A stretch of 52,424 bases of DNA, taken from positions 1 through 52,424 of the IMG/VR virus record IMGVR_UViG_3300045988_144509; one strand, written 5' to 3'. Position numbers and translations under genes: made by a program. The notes under the pieces are model-generated. The model searched no databases, had not been told where the DNA came from, and saw only the letters and a list, made by a program, of their open reading frames with translations. This DNA is from a virus. This document shows positions 34,186 through 42,937 of the stretch, piece after piece (the first letter of the stretch is position 1; each line of letters opens with the position of its first letter).

Positions 34186-34590
34186 AATCAACTAATGCTG
34201 GTAGAGAGTTAACTCAAGAAGCGTAGTCTTTGCCCCCGCCACTTGGGGGACGTTAAAGACCACGTTAAAAGTTCTAATGCTGTATATCGAGCTGAACTCT
34301 TTCGCTTCATCTAAACCACCTAAGAGCCTAGGTCTGCCGTTATCTCCACAACTGCCACGTTGTACGGTGGTTCGCCTCACTTACCTTATCAATGGTATCA
34401 CAGGACGGTTTTGTATATGGTGATAAAATCCATATACGCAGTACAAGGAGTTTCACCCTGTACGCATCTAGGATTGTCTTACCCTCTAACGGCAACTGAC
34501 ACTGTGGCAAGCAGTGAATTTTATTTTAAGGTGGTTTGAATATCAACACCCGCATTTTTCAAGTTGCGGTTTAACTCTCTATTAACTTAA
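34186..34590 (-). ncRNA. Candidate structured untranslated RNA / long 5' leader (GC-rich, about 45% GC vs about 29% for the genome)
   Basis: No ORF. Numerous GC hairpins, including gtcttt-gccccc-gccactt-ggggg-ac...aaagac, ccgca-tttttcaagt-tgcgg, tatatgg-tgataaaat-ccatata and gtacaagg-agtttca-ccctgtac. A perfect minus-strand TTGACA-17-TATAAT promoter lies at 34595-34623. Confidence 0.35.
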
Positions 34591-34594
34591 CTAC

Positions 34595-34623
34595 ATTATA
34601 GCATTATATATTTTTATTGTCAA
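34595..34623 (-). promoter_or_regulatory. Minus-strand consensus promoter
   Basis: Minus strand reads TTGACA-17 nt-TATAAT; divergent from the plus-strand promoters at 34630 and 34699. Confidence 0.5.
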
Positions 34624-34629
34624 TAGGTA

Positions 34630-34658
34630 TTTACAAATTTATTTTAATGTGCTATAAT
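34630..34658 (+). promoter_or_regulatory. Plus-strand promoter
   Basis: TTTACA-17 nt-TATAAT. Confidence 0.45.
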
Positions 34659-34698
34659 AAATTTATTCCTTTTATCGCTAAATTTTTATAGAAAGGTG

Positions 34699-34727
34699 TT
34701 GACAAATTAAAATTAATATAGTATAAT
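34699..34727 (+). promoter_or_regulatory. Plus-strand consensus promoter driving the ncRNA/tRNA transcript
   Basis: TTGACA-17 nt-TATAAT (perfect consensus). Confidence 0.55.
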
Positions 34728-34733
34728 ATAAAC

Positions 34734-35380
34734 ATAGACAACTTAATATAGCCTAGATGGGAAACTGTTCGATTGATTTGGGGGCGAAAGCTCCCAATAC
34801 ATAATTTGATATCTTTATCAAGTATACATTCTAACCATGTGTAAACGTTCTAATCAAACCTCATGGAGTGCTGGTTTGTTGAGTAGGGTTGTAGTGGGAT
34901 ACTGCTATAATTGAGCTTTTATTTATTGGTAACAGTAAATAACAATTGGGTAAACCAAAAGAAGTACAGCACGTACAAATTATAACGCTAGTTAAAACAC
35001 AAGTTGTATGGCGGTGATAATAAACGACCCTGTGGGTAATAATCAGCTATGCCATTTAGTTTACAACTAAATCGAGCTAACTGAAATGTAAAAGTAAACC
35101 GTGTGGCTTTGAAGTATAGAAATATACTATAACATATTACTTGGTTAAAGTAGCATAATAGCCTATTTGATGATAATACGTAATTTATTAATTACTCTTG
35201 TAATCCGAATGATATGTGAAATTTGCAGACAAACATTTCTGCGTGAGGTAAAAGGGGGCAAGAAGTTATAAGGTAGCTCCTTATAGCTCGGACTTGTCTT
35301 TCTCACTGGTTGAATAAGCTAGAAGTTATAAAGAGTAGAGCGAAAGTTCATAATGTATACTTAATAAAGATATCAAATAA
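34734..35380 (+). ncRNA. Candidate large noncoding RNA / about 650-nt untranslated precursor upstream of two tRNAs
   Basis: No ORF of meaningful length. GNRA-capped helix ggggc-GAAA-gctccc at 34781-34796, hairpins taagg-tagct-cctta and gcaga-caaacatt-tctgc, and a long-range gtgag...ctcac pairing. Consensus promoter upstream and tRNAs immediately downstream. Confidence 0.35.
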
Positions 35381-35457
35381 ACGTGAGTGGTGGAATAGGC
35401 ATACACACAAGTCTTAGAAACTTGATTTTGAAGGTTCGAGTCCTTTCTCACGTACCA
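35381..35457 (+). tRNA. tRNA with anticodon UAG (Leu by anticodon; atypical short variable arm, A73 discriminator)
   Basis: Acceptor acgtgag/ctcacgt; T-arm gaagg-TTCGAGT-ccttt; anticodon stem caagt/acttg with loop cTTAGaa; encoded 3' CCA. Confidence 0.55.
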
Positions 35458-35460
35458 TAT

Positions 35461-35537
35461 GATGATATAGCCAAAATGGTTAAGGCGAAGGTCTGCAAAA
35501 CCTTTATTTCTCGGTTCAAGTCCGAGTATCATCTCCA
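35461..35537 (+). tRNA. tRNA-Cys (anticodon GCA)
   Basis: Acceptor gatgata/tatcatc with U73; D-stem gcc/ggc with GG in the loop; anticodon stem aaggt/acctt with loop cTGCAaa; T-arm ctcgg-TTCAAGT-ccgag; encoded CCA. Confidence 0.65.
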
Positions 35538-35612
35538 CGAAAGAAATAAGCAAGACATCTTAACAAAAATAATAACTTTACGACATCTTGCACAATTAAA
35601 GCACTTAGTATA

Positions 35613-36011
35613 ATGCTAGGTGCTTATTTTGTATATAAGGAGTTCGGAAATGTGAACAAATACGATAAATTAATTGATTGGTTATGCTATAAATATAGTA
35701 TACTTCATAAGTTAGAAATAAGACATCAGAAAAGCATTAAAGTTAGATATAGAAAAAGAAATTACATAACTAGAATAGTAAATAAGAAAAAGAGTTATGT
35801 TTTTAGATTACCGAATTTTGATAAATTGACGTTTATTAGTGATGAAGATAAACATAAATTAGTAATAAGTGAATTTATCAGATTTTTCTTAATTGGTGCG
35901 GTTTATAAGAAAATTAAGAATGAAAACCATTTAAGAAAGGTAATAATGAACAACACAGAAAAACTATATTATCTGTATAATAAGGAGGTGTTAGCAGGTG
36001 GCAAAGTATGA
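35613..36011 (+). CDS. Hypothetical basic protein upstream of the terminase
   Basis: 132 aa, Lys/Arg-rich; a long ORF for AT-rich DNA. Confidence 0.35.
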   Translation: MLGAYFVYKEFGNVNKYDKLIDWLCYKYSILHKLEIRHQKSIKVRYRKRNYITRIVNKKKSYVFRLPNFDKLTFISDEDKHKLVISEFIRFFLIGAVYKKIKNENHLRKVIMNNTEKLYYLYNKEVLAGGKV

Positions 36012-36459
36012 CCAATGGAATACAGAAGAAGGCTTTATTAAAATTGAAGGCTGGGCAAAAGATGGATTAACAAATGAGCAGATAGCAAACAAAATGGAAA
36101 TAAACAGAATTACATTATATAATTGGTCTTTAAAAAATCCTAAGATTGCAGAAGCTCTCAAAAAAGGTAAAGATGTGATTGATAGAAAAGTTGAGAACTC
36201 TCTCTTAAAACGTGCGTTAGGTTATGAATATGACGAAACGACTACAATCACAGATAGCGAAGGCAACGAAACAACTAAGGTTATAAGAAAACATGTAATA
36301 CCAGATACAACGGCTCAAATATTCTGGCTCAAGAATAGAAAACCTACAGAATGGCGAGATAAACGAGAATACAAAGATAATGAAGCGCTTGAAAAACTCG
36401 ACAAAATTCTTAGTAAAATACCTAATAAATTAGAAAAAGGTATTAGTAAAGATGTTTAA
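35998..36459 (+). CDS. terS: Terminase small subunit
   Basis: 153 aa; N-terminal HTH (GLTNEQIANKMEINRITLYNWSLKNPKIAEALKKGK) typical of TerS; overlaps the TerL start. Confidence 0.65.
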   Translation: MAKYDQWNTEEGFIKIEGWAKDGLTNEQIANKMEINRITLYNWSLKNPKIAEALKKGKDVIDRKVENSLLKRALGYEYDETTTITDSEGNETTKVIRKHVIPDTTAQIFWLKNRKPTEWRDKREYKDNEALEKLDKILSKIPNKLEKGISKDV

Positions 36460-38047
36460 TTTTAGTAAAAACCAGCTAGAATATTTAAATGACGCTTGCC
36501 ATAGATGGAACATAAAAAGCGGTGCAGTAAGAAGTGGTAAGACTTACCTTGATATAGCTGTTGTTATACCATGTAGAATAAGAGCAGTAGCAGGAAAAGA
36601 AGGTTTGACAGTATTTCTAGGCAATACCAAAGGTACAATACAACGTAACGTAATTGAACCACTTCAGCAAATGTACGGTAAAAACTTAGTTAGTAGTATA
36701 AGAGCAGACAATACCGCCACAATATTCGGAGAAAAAGTTTACTGCTTAGGTGCAAGCAAAATAAATCAAGTTGATGTTTTGCGAGGTATGTCTATAAAGT
36801 ATTGTTATGGTGATGAAGTTGTAACATGGTGTAAAGAAGTATTTGAAATGCTTAAATCACGTCTTGATAAATCTTATAGTAGGTGTGATTTAACTTGCAA
36901 CCCAGATAGTCCTTTACATTGGTTTAAAGAATTTATTGATAGTGATGTTGATAAATACTTGCAAGAATACACGATTGATGATAATCCATTCTTACCAGAA
37001 GAATTTGTAAGAAACCTTAAAAAAGAGTATGAAGGCTCCGTTTGGTATGATAGGCTTATATTAGGGAAATGGGTACGTGCAGAAGGTTTAGTTTATCCTA
37101 TGTTTTATAAAGATAAACATTGCTTTATTGAACCGCCAACAAATAAATATGAGCAGTATTATATAAGTGCGGACTATGGTATATTAAATCCATTTAGTGC
37201 TGGCTTATGGGGTAAATATAATGGCAAATGGTACAGAATTGCAGAATATTACCATGATGGACGTAAAACGAATAAACAATACACAGATGAAGAATATCAC
37301 ACTAAACTATTAGACCTTGCAGGTGATTTGCCAATTAGAAGCATAATTATCGACCCTTCTGCAAGTTCCATGATTGCTACTATCAGAAAGCATGGAAATT
37401 TTAATATTAGGAAAGCAAAAAATGACGTATTAGAAGGAATTAGAAACACCGCCACAGAATTAAACAAAGGTAACATACTCATAAACTCTAAATGTAAAGC
37501 CTTCATCAATGAAATTGAGGGGTATAGCTGGGACAAGGATAACACAAAAGAGGACAAGCCACTTAAAGAAAAGGACCACTGTCTTACAGGTGATACAATA
37601 ATAAATACAATAAATGGTGATATTCCTATTAAAGATTTAGTAGGTAAAAGTGGACTTGTTAAGGCTTATGACACATATAACAATAAAGTTGTAACTGCTA
37701 AATTTAAAGATGTTAGACTTACACAGAAAAACGCAAGAGTATTTGAGGTGAAGCTTAATAGCGGTAAAATAATAAAAGCAACTGCTGAACACCCTATGTA
37801 CACTAAAAGAGGGTGGGTAATGGTAAGAGATTTAAGAACAGATGATACTATCTTAGATATAAATATTGGATATTCTTATATCTATAGTATAACTTTTGAT
37901 AGCTTTCAAGATGTGTACAATATGGAAGTTGAAAAATATCATAACTTTTCTATAAATGGCGGTTTGATAGTTCATAACTGCATGGACGATTTTAGATATT
38001 TTGTTAATACAGTAGTAGCACGTGGCAATACGTTTGAGGTTGCTTAA
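36452..38047 (+). CDS. terL: Terminase large subunit containing a mini-intein
   Basis: 531 aa. ATPase N-terminal region with Walker A-like SGAVRSGKT and a C-terminal nuclease region. A 133-aa Hint-domain insertion (CLTGDT...IVHN|C) interrupts the C-terminal part. Confidence 0.7.
   Translation: MFNFSKNQLEYLNDACHRWNIKSGAVRSGKTYLDIAVVIPCRIRAVAGKEGLTVFLGNTKGTIQRNVIEPLQQMYGKNLVSSIRADNTATIFGEKVYCLGASKINQVDVLRGMSIKYCYGDEVVTWCKEVFEMLKSRLDKSYSRCDLTCNPDSPLHWFKEFIDSDVDKYLQEYTIDDNPFLPEEFVRNLKKEYEGSVWYDRLILGKWVRAEGLVYPMFYKDKHCFIEPPTNKYEQYYISADYGILNPFSAGLWGKYNGKWYRIAEYYHDGRKTNKQYTDEEYHTKLLDLAGDLPIRSIIIDPSASSMIATIRKHGNFNIRKAKNDVLEGIRNTATELNKGNILINSKCKAFINEIEGYSWDKDNTKEDKPLKEKDHCLTGDTIINTINGDIPIKDLVGKSGLVKAYDTYNNKVVTAKFKDVRLTQKNARVFEVKLNSGKIIKATAEHPMYTKRGWVMVRDLRTDDTILDINIGYSYIYSITFDSFQDVYNMEVEKYHNFSINGGLIVHNCMDDFRYFVNTVVARGNTFEVA
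37580..37978 (+). mobile_element. Mini-intein (Hint domain, no homing endonuclease) within terL
   Basis: N-terminal splice block CLTGDTIINT. Block B ATAEHPMYT (Thr/His). C-terminal block ..GGLIVHN followed by +1 Cys (CMDD). 399 nt, in frame. Confidence 0.7.
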
Positions 38048-38059
38048 AGAGGTGATAAA

Positions 38060-39502
38060 GTGTTTTTTGATAATGATGATGTAACAGAAATAAATGAGAA
38101 TATAAAAAATAATGCTCCAATGGATATTGATACAATAGTTAATCTTGAAATTGGTGAGCATGTAAACTCTTTGGAATACAAAAAGATTATTAAATCTGAA
38201 CAGTACTATAAAAACAATACAGATATAAATATTAATGGAAGAATGGTTCTAGGCGAAAATGGGATTGAAAGAGCTGAAAATGTAGCAGATAATAGATTAT
38301 GTCATGACTATTTTTCTCTTATTGTAGACCAAAAAATACAGTATCTATTAAGTAAAGAGTGGACAGTGGAAAGCGACGACGATAATATTTTGGAGCAGTT
38401 AAACAAAATATTTAATCAGGATTTCAAAAACAAATTCCAAAGAGTAGCAAAAGACGCTGTAGTTAAATATTATGGCTGGTTATTCGTATACCCACAAGGA
38501 AATGATTTAAAATTCCAAAGGTTAGAAGCTAAAAACGTGATACCTTTTTGGTCAGACATTGATAAAACTGAATTAAATGCAGTTATATACTTTTATTCTA
38601 AGGTTGAGTATGAAGGCACGCAAAAGAAGGAAAAAAGATACGCTCAATACTGGGATAATACAGGGGTAATTTTCTATGAAGCCAACGACTCGGCACGATA
38701 TGAAAGAACAAATAAAAGCGGTATGGTAAGTTTTGAAGGTAAGCCGTACAACTGGGAAAAGATACCATTTATTCCAATAAAATACAATGACGAAGATATA
38801 TTTTTATTAGATAAAATTAAATCTTTAATTGATGACTACGACAGACAGACAAGCCGAAATAGTAACGGACTAGAAGATGACTTGAATAAAACTTTAGTTG
38901 TAAAAAACTATGATGGAACAAATGCAGGACAATTAAGAAGAGATGTAAAGACACATAAAATAATTAAGGTTAGTGATGATGGCGGAGTAGACGTGCTAGA
39001 TTTAACTGTAGATGTTGATAACTCAAATAGCCATTTAGATAGATTGAAAAAAGATATATTCATGTTCGGTCGTGCAGTAGATATTACTAGCGAATTTGGA
39101 GCAAATGCAAGTGCAGAAGCTAGACAATATTTATACGCAAGTTTAGACATGGACTGCAATACACTAGAAAGAAATTGCAAAAATGCACTACATTCTTTAT
39201 TATGGTTCATATCTAAATATTACAACATGGGCGATATTCAAGACACAGTCGATTTTGTATTTAATCGTGATGTTATTACAAATGAAGCTAGTGCAATAGA
39301 TATGTGTGTTAAATCTCAAGGTGTTCAAGGTTTGTCTACTCGTACAATTCTAAGCAATCACCCATTTGTGAAAAATGTTGATGATGAACTTAACACATGG
39401 AAGCAGGAACAAAAAGAAAACGCACAAATGCAAGATGATTTATACGACAATCCTTCTTTTGGCAATAATGACGATAATAGCAATGGTGGTATAGATGAAT
39501 AA
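38060..39502 (+). CDS. Portal protein
   Basis: 480-aa ORF (GTG start, RBS AAGAGGTGA) directly after TerL; size and acidic C-terminus typical of portals. Confidence 0.6.
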   Translation: MFFDNDDVTEINENIKNNAPMDIDTIVNLEIGEHVNSLEYKKIIKSEQYYKNNTDININGRMVLGENGIERAENVADNRLCHDYFSLIVDQKIQYLLSKEWTVESDDDNILEQLNKIFNQDFKNKFQRVAKDAVVKYYGWLFVYPQGNDLKFQRLEAKNVIPFWSDIDKTELNAVIYFYSKVEYEGTQKKEKRYAQYWDNTGVIFYEANDSARYERTNKSGMVSFEGKPYNWEKIPFIPIKYNDEDIFLLDKIKSLIDDYDRQTSRNSNGLEDDLNKTLVVKNYDGTNAGQLRRDVKTHKIIKVSDDGGVDVLDLTVDVDNSNSHLDRLKKDIFMFGRAVDITSEFGANASAEARQYLYASLDMDCNTLERNCKNALHSLLWFISKYYNMGDIQDTVDFVFNRDVITNEASAIDMCVKSQGVQGLSTRTILSNHPFVKNVDDELNTWKQEQKENAQMQDDLYDNPSFGNNDDNSNGGIDE

Positions 39503-40511
39503 TGCGGAGTATTGGCAAAAGCGAGCTGAACAAGATGTATTAAAAGTAGAAAAAGAAATTGACAAAATTAATGATGATTTAAAAGTAGCTTTTACTACTA
39601 CTACACAAAAGTTAATAAATGAAATATATAAGTTTTATTCTCTTTATGATTTAACAGATTATAGCAATATGTATAAAATATTGTCTGCTGATGAAGCAAA
39701 AGAATTAAGAGATAAAGCAAGAAAAGTTTATAAAACTGCATGCAGTGAAGAACTTAAATCATTAGCTAAAAACATGAAAGGCTCTTACAGAATACAGGCT
39801 ATAAAAGCTTTACTATTTAACTTAATATCTGATATTGAAGAACTTTACCAACTACAACAAGATGACTACGACAATGACTTACCTTCTATTTATAAAGCTA
39901 TGTATTATAAAAAGATTTACGATATGCAGGTTGGTACAGGTTTTGGATATGATGTAGATAGGTTAGAAGATGGCAAGGTTAAACAAGCTGTATCTCAAAG
40001 TTGGCTAGGCGAGAATTATTCGGAACGTATATGGAGTAATAGATATAAGTTATCTCAAGTTATTCAGCAAGAGTTGCCACAAGCAATAATACAAGGTCAA
40101 AATCCTAAACAGCTTGCTAAAACAATACAAAAAAGAATGAATACATCTTATTTTAATGCTGAACGATTAGCAAGAACAGAATATTTACACGTATTAAATG
40201 AAGCTAATTATAAAGCAATGAACGGCAGTGGATTATTTAAAAAATATCAATACATGGCAACGCTAGATTACAGAACATCTCAAATTTGTAGAGATATGGA
40301 CGGAAAAGTTTTTGATATGAGTAAAAAGCAAACAGGGGTAAATTACCCACCATTACACCCTAATTGCAGAAGTACAACAGCACCATATTTTAAAGATTTA
40401 CAAGGTACAAGAATTGCCAAAACAAAAGAAGGCACGTATTATGAAATAGATAGAAATATAACGTATAGAGAATGGGAAAAAATGCAAAAATTGGAGGAAA
40501 ATAATAAATGA
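39495..40511 (+). CDS. Minor head protein (SPP1 gp7 / Mu F-like head morphogenesis protein)
   Basis: 338 aa after the portal; conserved C-terminal block ..RTEYLHVLNEANYKAMNGSG..YQYMATLDYRTSQICRDMDGKVF..PPLHPNCRST typical of the Phage_Mu_F family. Confidence 0.6.
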   Translation: MNNAEYWQKRAEQDVLKVEKEIDKINDDLKVAFTTTTQKLINEIYKFYSLYDLTDYSNMYKILSADEAKELRDKARKVYKTACSEELKSLAKNMKGSYRIQAIKALLFNLISDIEELYQLQQDDYDNDLPSIYKAMYYKKIYDMQVGTGFGYDVDRLEDGKVKQAVSQSWLGENYSERIWSNRYKLSQVIQQELPQAIIQGQNPKQLAKTIQKRMNTSYFNAERLARTEYLHVLNEANYKAMNGSGLFKKYQYMATLDYRTSQICRDMDGKVFDMSKKQTGVNYPPLHPNCRSTTAPYFKDLQGTRIAKTKEGTYYEIDRNITYREWEKMQKLEENNK

Positions 40512-40798
40512 TTATTAAAGCCAGAAAAAAGCCTGTAGTTATAGAAGCTGTACAATTAAAATAAAGTTATGATAGTATAAGAGAATGTCTTTCTTTTTTA
40601 GGCAGGATATACGAAGAATATACAGAAGCTTCTATAAACAACATGATAGCGGAAGTAAAACAAGATGAAGGTATTAATATATTCACTTTAGAAGGTACAC
40701 ATCATGCAAGCTTTGGAGATTACATTATAAAAGGTGTGAAAGGCGAGTTCTACCCATGTAAACCAGATATTTTTGAAAAAACTTACGATAAAATATAA
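40508..40798 (+). pseudogene. Small conserved phage gene interrupted by in-frame TAA at codon 19
   Basis: [32 protein letters not shown]...[27 protein letters not shown] form one continuous frame (ATGA overlap with the upstream gene). The downstream 77 codons lack a start or SD. Confidence 0.4.
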
Positions 40799-40936
40799 AA
40801 TTTTGTAATAAAAGTAAAAATTTTTGTATAAACATATTGACAAATGTATAAAATTTTGTTATAATATAGTATCAAAAAATAATTCTCTAAGTGGCACTAA
40901 CCACTATAAAAAAAGTATACGGAGGTTTATATATAA

Positions 40937-41515
40937 ATGGATATCATGGAAATGATTAAAAAATACAAGTTAGAACAAGAGGGGGCGGACGTTGACGGAT
41001 TTAATAAAGAATTTCGTGAAACTTTTAAACACGTTGAAGAAGTTAAGGGAATTAGACAAAAGACTGAAACTCTTGAGAAACAAAATAAAGAACTTGTAGA
41101 TAAGCTTAAAAGCTTTGATGGTGTAGATGTAGAAAAATACAAAAAAGAAATTGAAGATTTAAAAGCACAGCAAGCAAAAGAATTAGAAAAACAAAAAATT
41201 AATAATTTTGCACTACAGGAACTTTATAAAAATAATATCAAAAGCGTCAATGTTGGTATGAAGCTTCTAAATTTAGATGATATCAATTCTGACAATTTTG
41301 AAAAAGAAATTCCTAATAGAGTTAAGACTTTGATGGAAGATGAAACAACTTCTTTCGCTTTCAAAGTTCAGAAAACCGAACCAAAAGATAAAAATATTGC
41401 AGGATTAAATCCAGCAGGCGGACAAGGCGGAAAAGAAGGAAACCCACCTGAAATATCTATTGGTAAGCAAATGGCTGAAAAATATAACGCTAAATACATT
41501 AAAAATAAGGAGTAA
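40937..41515 (+). CDS. Scaffolding protein
   Basis: 192 aa, highly charged coiled-coil (KELVDKLK..EIEDLKAQQAKELEKQK), located between the minor head and capsid genes. Confidence 0.55.
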   Translation: MDIMEMIKKYKLEQEGADVDGFNKEFRETFKHVEEVKGIRQKTETLEKQNKELVDKLKSFDGVDVEKYKKEIEDLKAQQAKELEKQKINNFALQELYKNNIKSVNVGMKLLNLDDINSDNFEKEIPNRVKTLMEDETTSFAFKVQKTEPKDKNIAGLNPAGGQGGKEGNPPEISIGKQMAEKYNAKYIKNKE

Positions 41516-41519
41516 ATAA

Positions 41520-41882
41520 ATGGCAAACGCAAGATACACATATACAGAAAAATCAAGAAAAATGCCTAACTTCTTAGAGAGTGAAGTTGGCTTGTTACTA
41601 AAAACATGGAAATTTGATACAGCAACAGCAGTTACAACAGAAGCTGACGGAACAAAATACGTACCAGCAGGAACAGTATATCCTAGCAATGACAGCAGTG
41701 CAAAAGGAATTGTTTTTGAAGATGTAGATGTTACGCACGGAGACGCTATCGGCTCTTTAATCGTAGCTGGTAGAGTTTATGGGAATAGATTGTCTGCAAC
41801 TATTGAAACATTAGCAGAAGAACCATTAAAAGCACAAGGTTTATACTGGTCTGACGCTCCAGAAACAACAAGAGATGAGTAA
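41520..41882 (+). CDS. Head decoration/structural protein (DUF2190-like position)
   Basis: 120-aa ORF immediately upstream of the major capsid gene. Confidence 0.4.
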   Translation: MANARYTYTEKSRKMPNFLESEVGLLLKTWKFDTATAVTTEADGTKYVPAGTVYPSNDSSAKGIVFEDVDVTHGDAIGSLIVAGRVYGNRLSATIETLAEEPLKAQGLYWSDAPETTRDE

Positions 41883-41898
41883 TAATGGAGGTTGAATA

Positions 41899-42933
41899 AT
41901 GGATATTGAAAAATTACTGACAAATGAGGAGTTAATAAACTTTTCTCAAAACTTATCCCCAAATAGGGATAGATTAGGGGATAGAATTTTCCCGAACGAA
42001 AAAACACAGAATTTAAAAGCAAGTTTTTATAGATTAACTGACCAAATGCAATTACCTTCTATTGCGTTAGTACATGGATTTGACACAGAAGCACGAATTG
42101 GCGAACGTCCTACATTTGAAAAAGTTAACTTTGAAAAAATGTTGATTAAAGAAAAAATCAACTTAAGCGAATTAGTTGACCAATATATTAGCAATGGTGT
42201 ATCTAGTGATAACGCTATTTTAAACTATGTTTTTGATGACATGGGACGTTTAGCAGAAAGCGTGTTAACACGTGTAGAAGTAATGAAATGCGAACTCTTA
42301 CAAAGTGGTAAGGTTAAAATCAAAGAAAATAATATTGATATTACTTTGGATTACGGAGTCCCTAGCGGTAATACAAGTTTTTCTATTGCCGATATGAGCG
42401 AAAGTGCTGACATTTTGGCAGAGTTCCAAAAAGTTTACGATAAAGCAAAAAGCATGGGTCAAAACATTAAAGAATGTATTATGTCTACAAAAGCTTTAGG
42501 TAAATTGAGAACTAACAAATATATTCAAACTGCAATCATGGGTACACTAGGACAAGGTACATTGTTAACTACTGCGCAAATTAATACACTCATGAATGAA
42601 ATGTTTGGTTTCACTATTACAACATATGATGAGCAGTATAAATATGTTAAAGCAAACGGAACAGAAGCTTCTAAACGCTATATTGATGAAAATAAAATTA
42701 TCTTCTTGGCTCAAACTTCTATCATTAATGAATACGGAAAAGGTCTTTGGGGTGTAACACAAGAAGAGAAAAAACAAGGACCTTGGACAATGAAATCTAG
42801 TCAGCAGTATGTAACTATTACAAAATGGACTACACCAGACCCTGTAGCAACATGGACAAAAGCAAGCGGTTTATTTGTACCTGCTTTATATAACCCTAAC
42901 GGATTATTTATTGCTACAGCCACATTAGCGTGA
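41899..42933 (+). CDS. Major capsid protein (HK97-fold, gpE-like family)
   Basis: 344 aa. Position after scaffold/decoration genes, strong RBS GGAGG. Size typical of lambda-E-like major capsid proteins. Confidence 0.6.
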   Translation: MDIEKLLTNEELINFSQNLSPNRDRLGDRIFPNEKTQNLKASFYRLTDQMQLPSIALVHGFDTEARIGERPTFEKVNFEKMLIKEKINLSELVDQYISNGVSSDNAILNYVFDDMGRLAESVLTRVEVMKCELLQSGKVKIKENNIDITLDYGVPSGNTSFSIADMSESADILAEFQKVYDKAKSMGQNIKECIMSTKALGKLRTNKYIQTAIMGTLGQGTLLTTAQINTLMNEMFGFTITTYDEQYKYVKANGTEASKRYIDENKIIFLAQTSIINEYGKGLWGVTQEEKKQGPWTMKSSQQYVTITKWTTPDPVATWTKASGLFVPALYNPNGLFIATATLA

Positions 42934-42937
42934 TGTT

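Noticed and set aside
34192-34380. 62-aa minus-strand ORF inside the GC-rich non-coding segment
   Set aside because: Arg/Gly-rich translation caused by GC bias, no RBS, and it overlaps strong RNA hairpins. Treated as non-coding.
34186-34600. tmRNA, RNase P RNA or 6S RNA
   Set aside because: No tRNA-like acceptor/T-arm pair, no tag-peptide reading frame, and no characteristic conserved motifs were found. Left as an unclassified structured RNA.
35326-35553. 75-aa minus-strand ORF
   Set aside because: It is antisense to the tRNAs, and no RBS is present.
35383-35613. 76-aa plus-strand ORF
   Set aside because: It is completely overlapped by the two tRNA genes.
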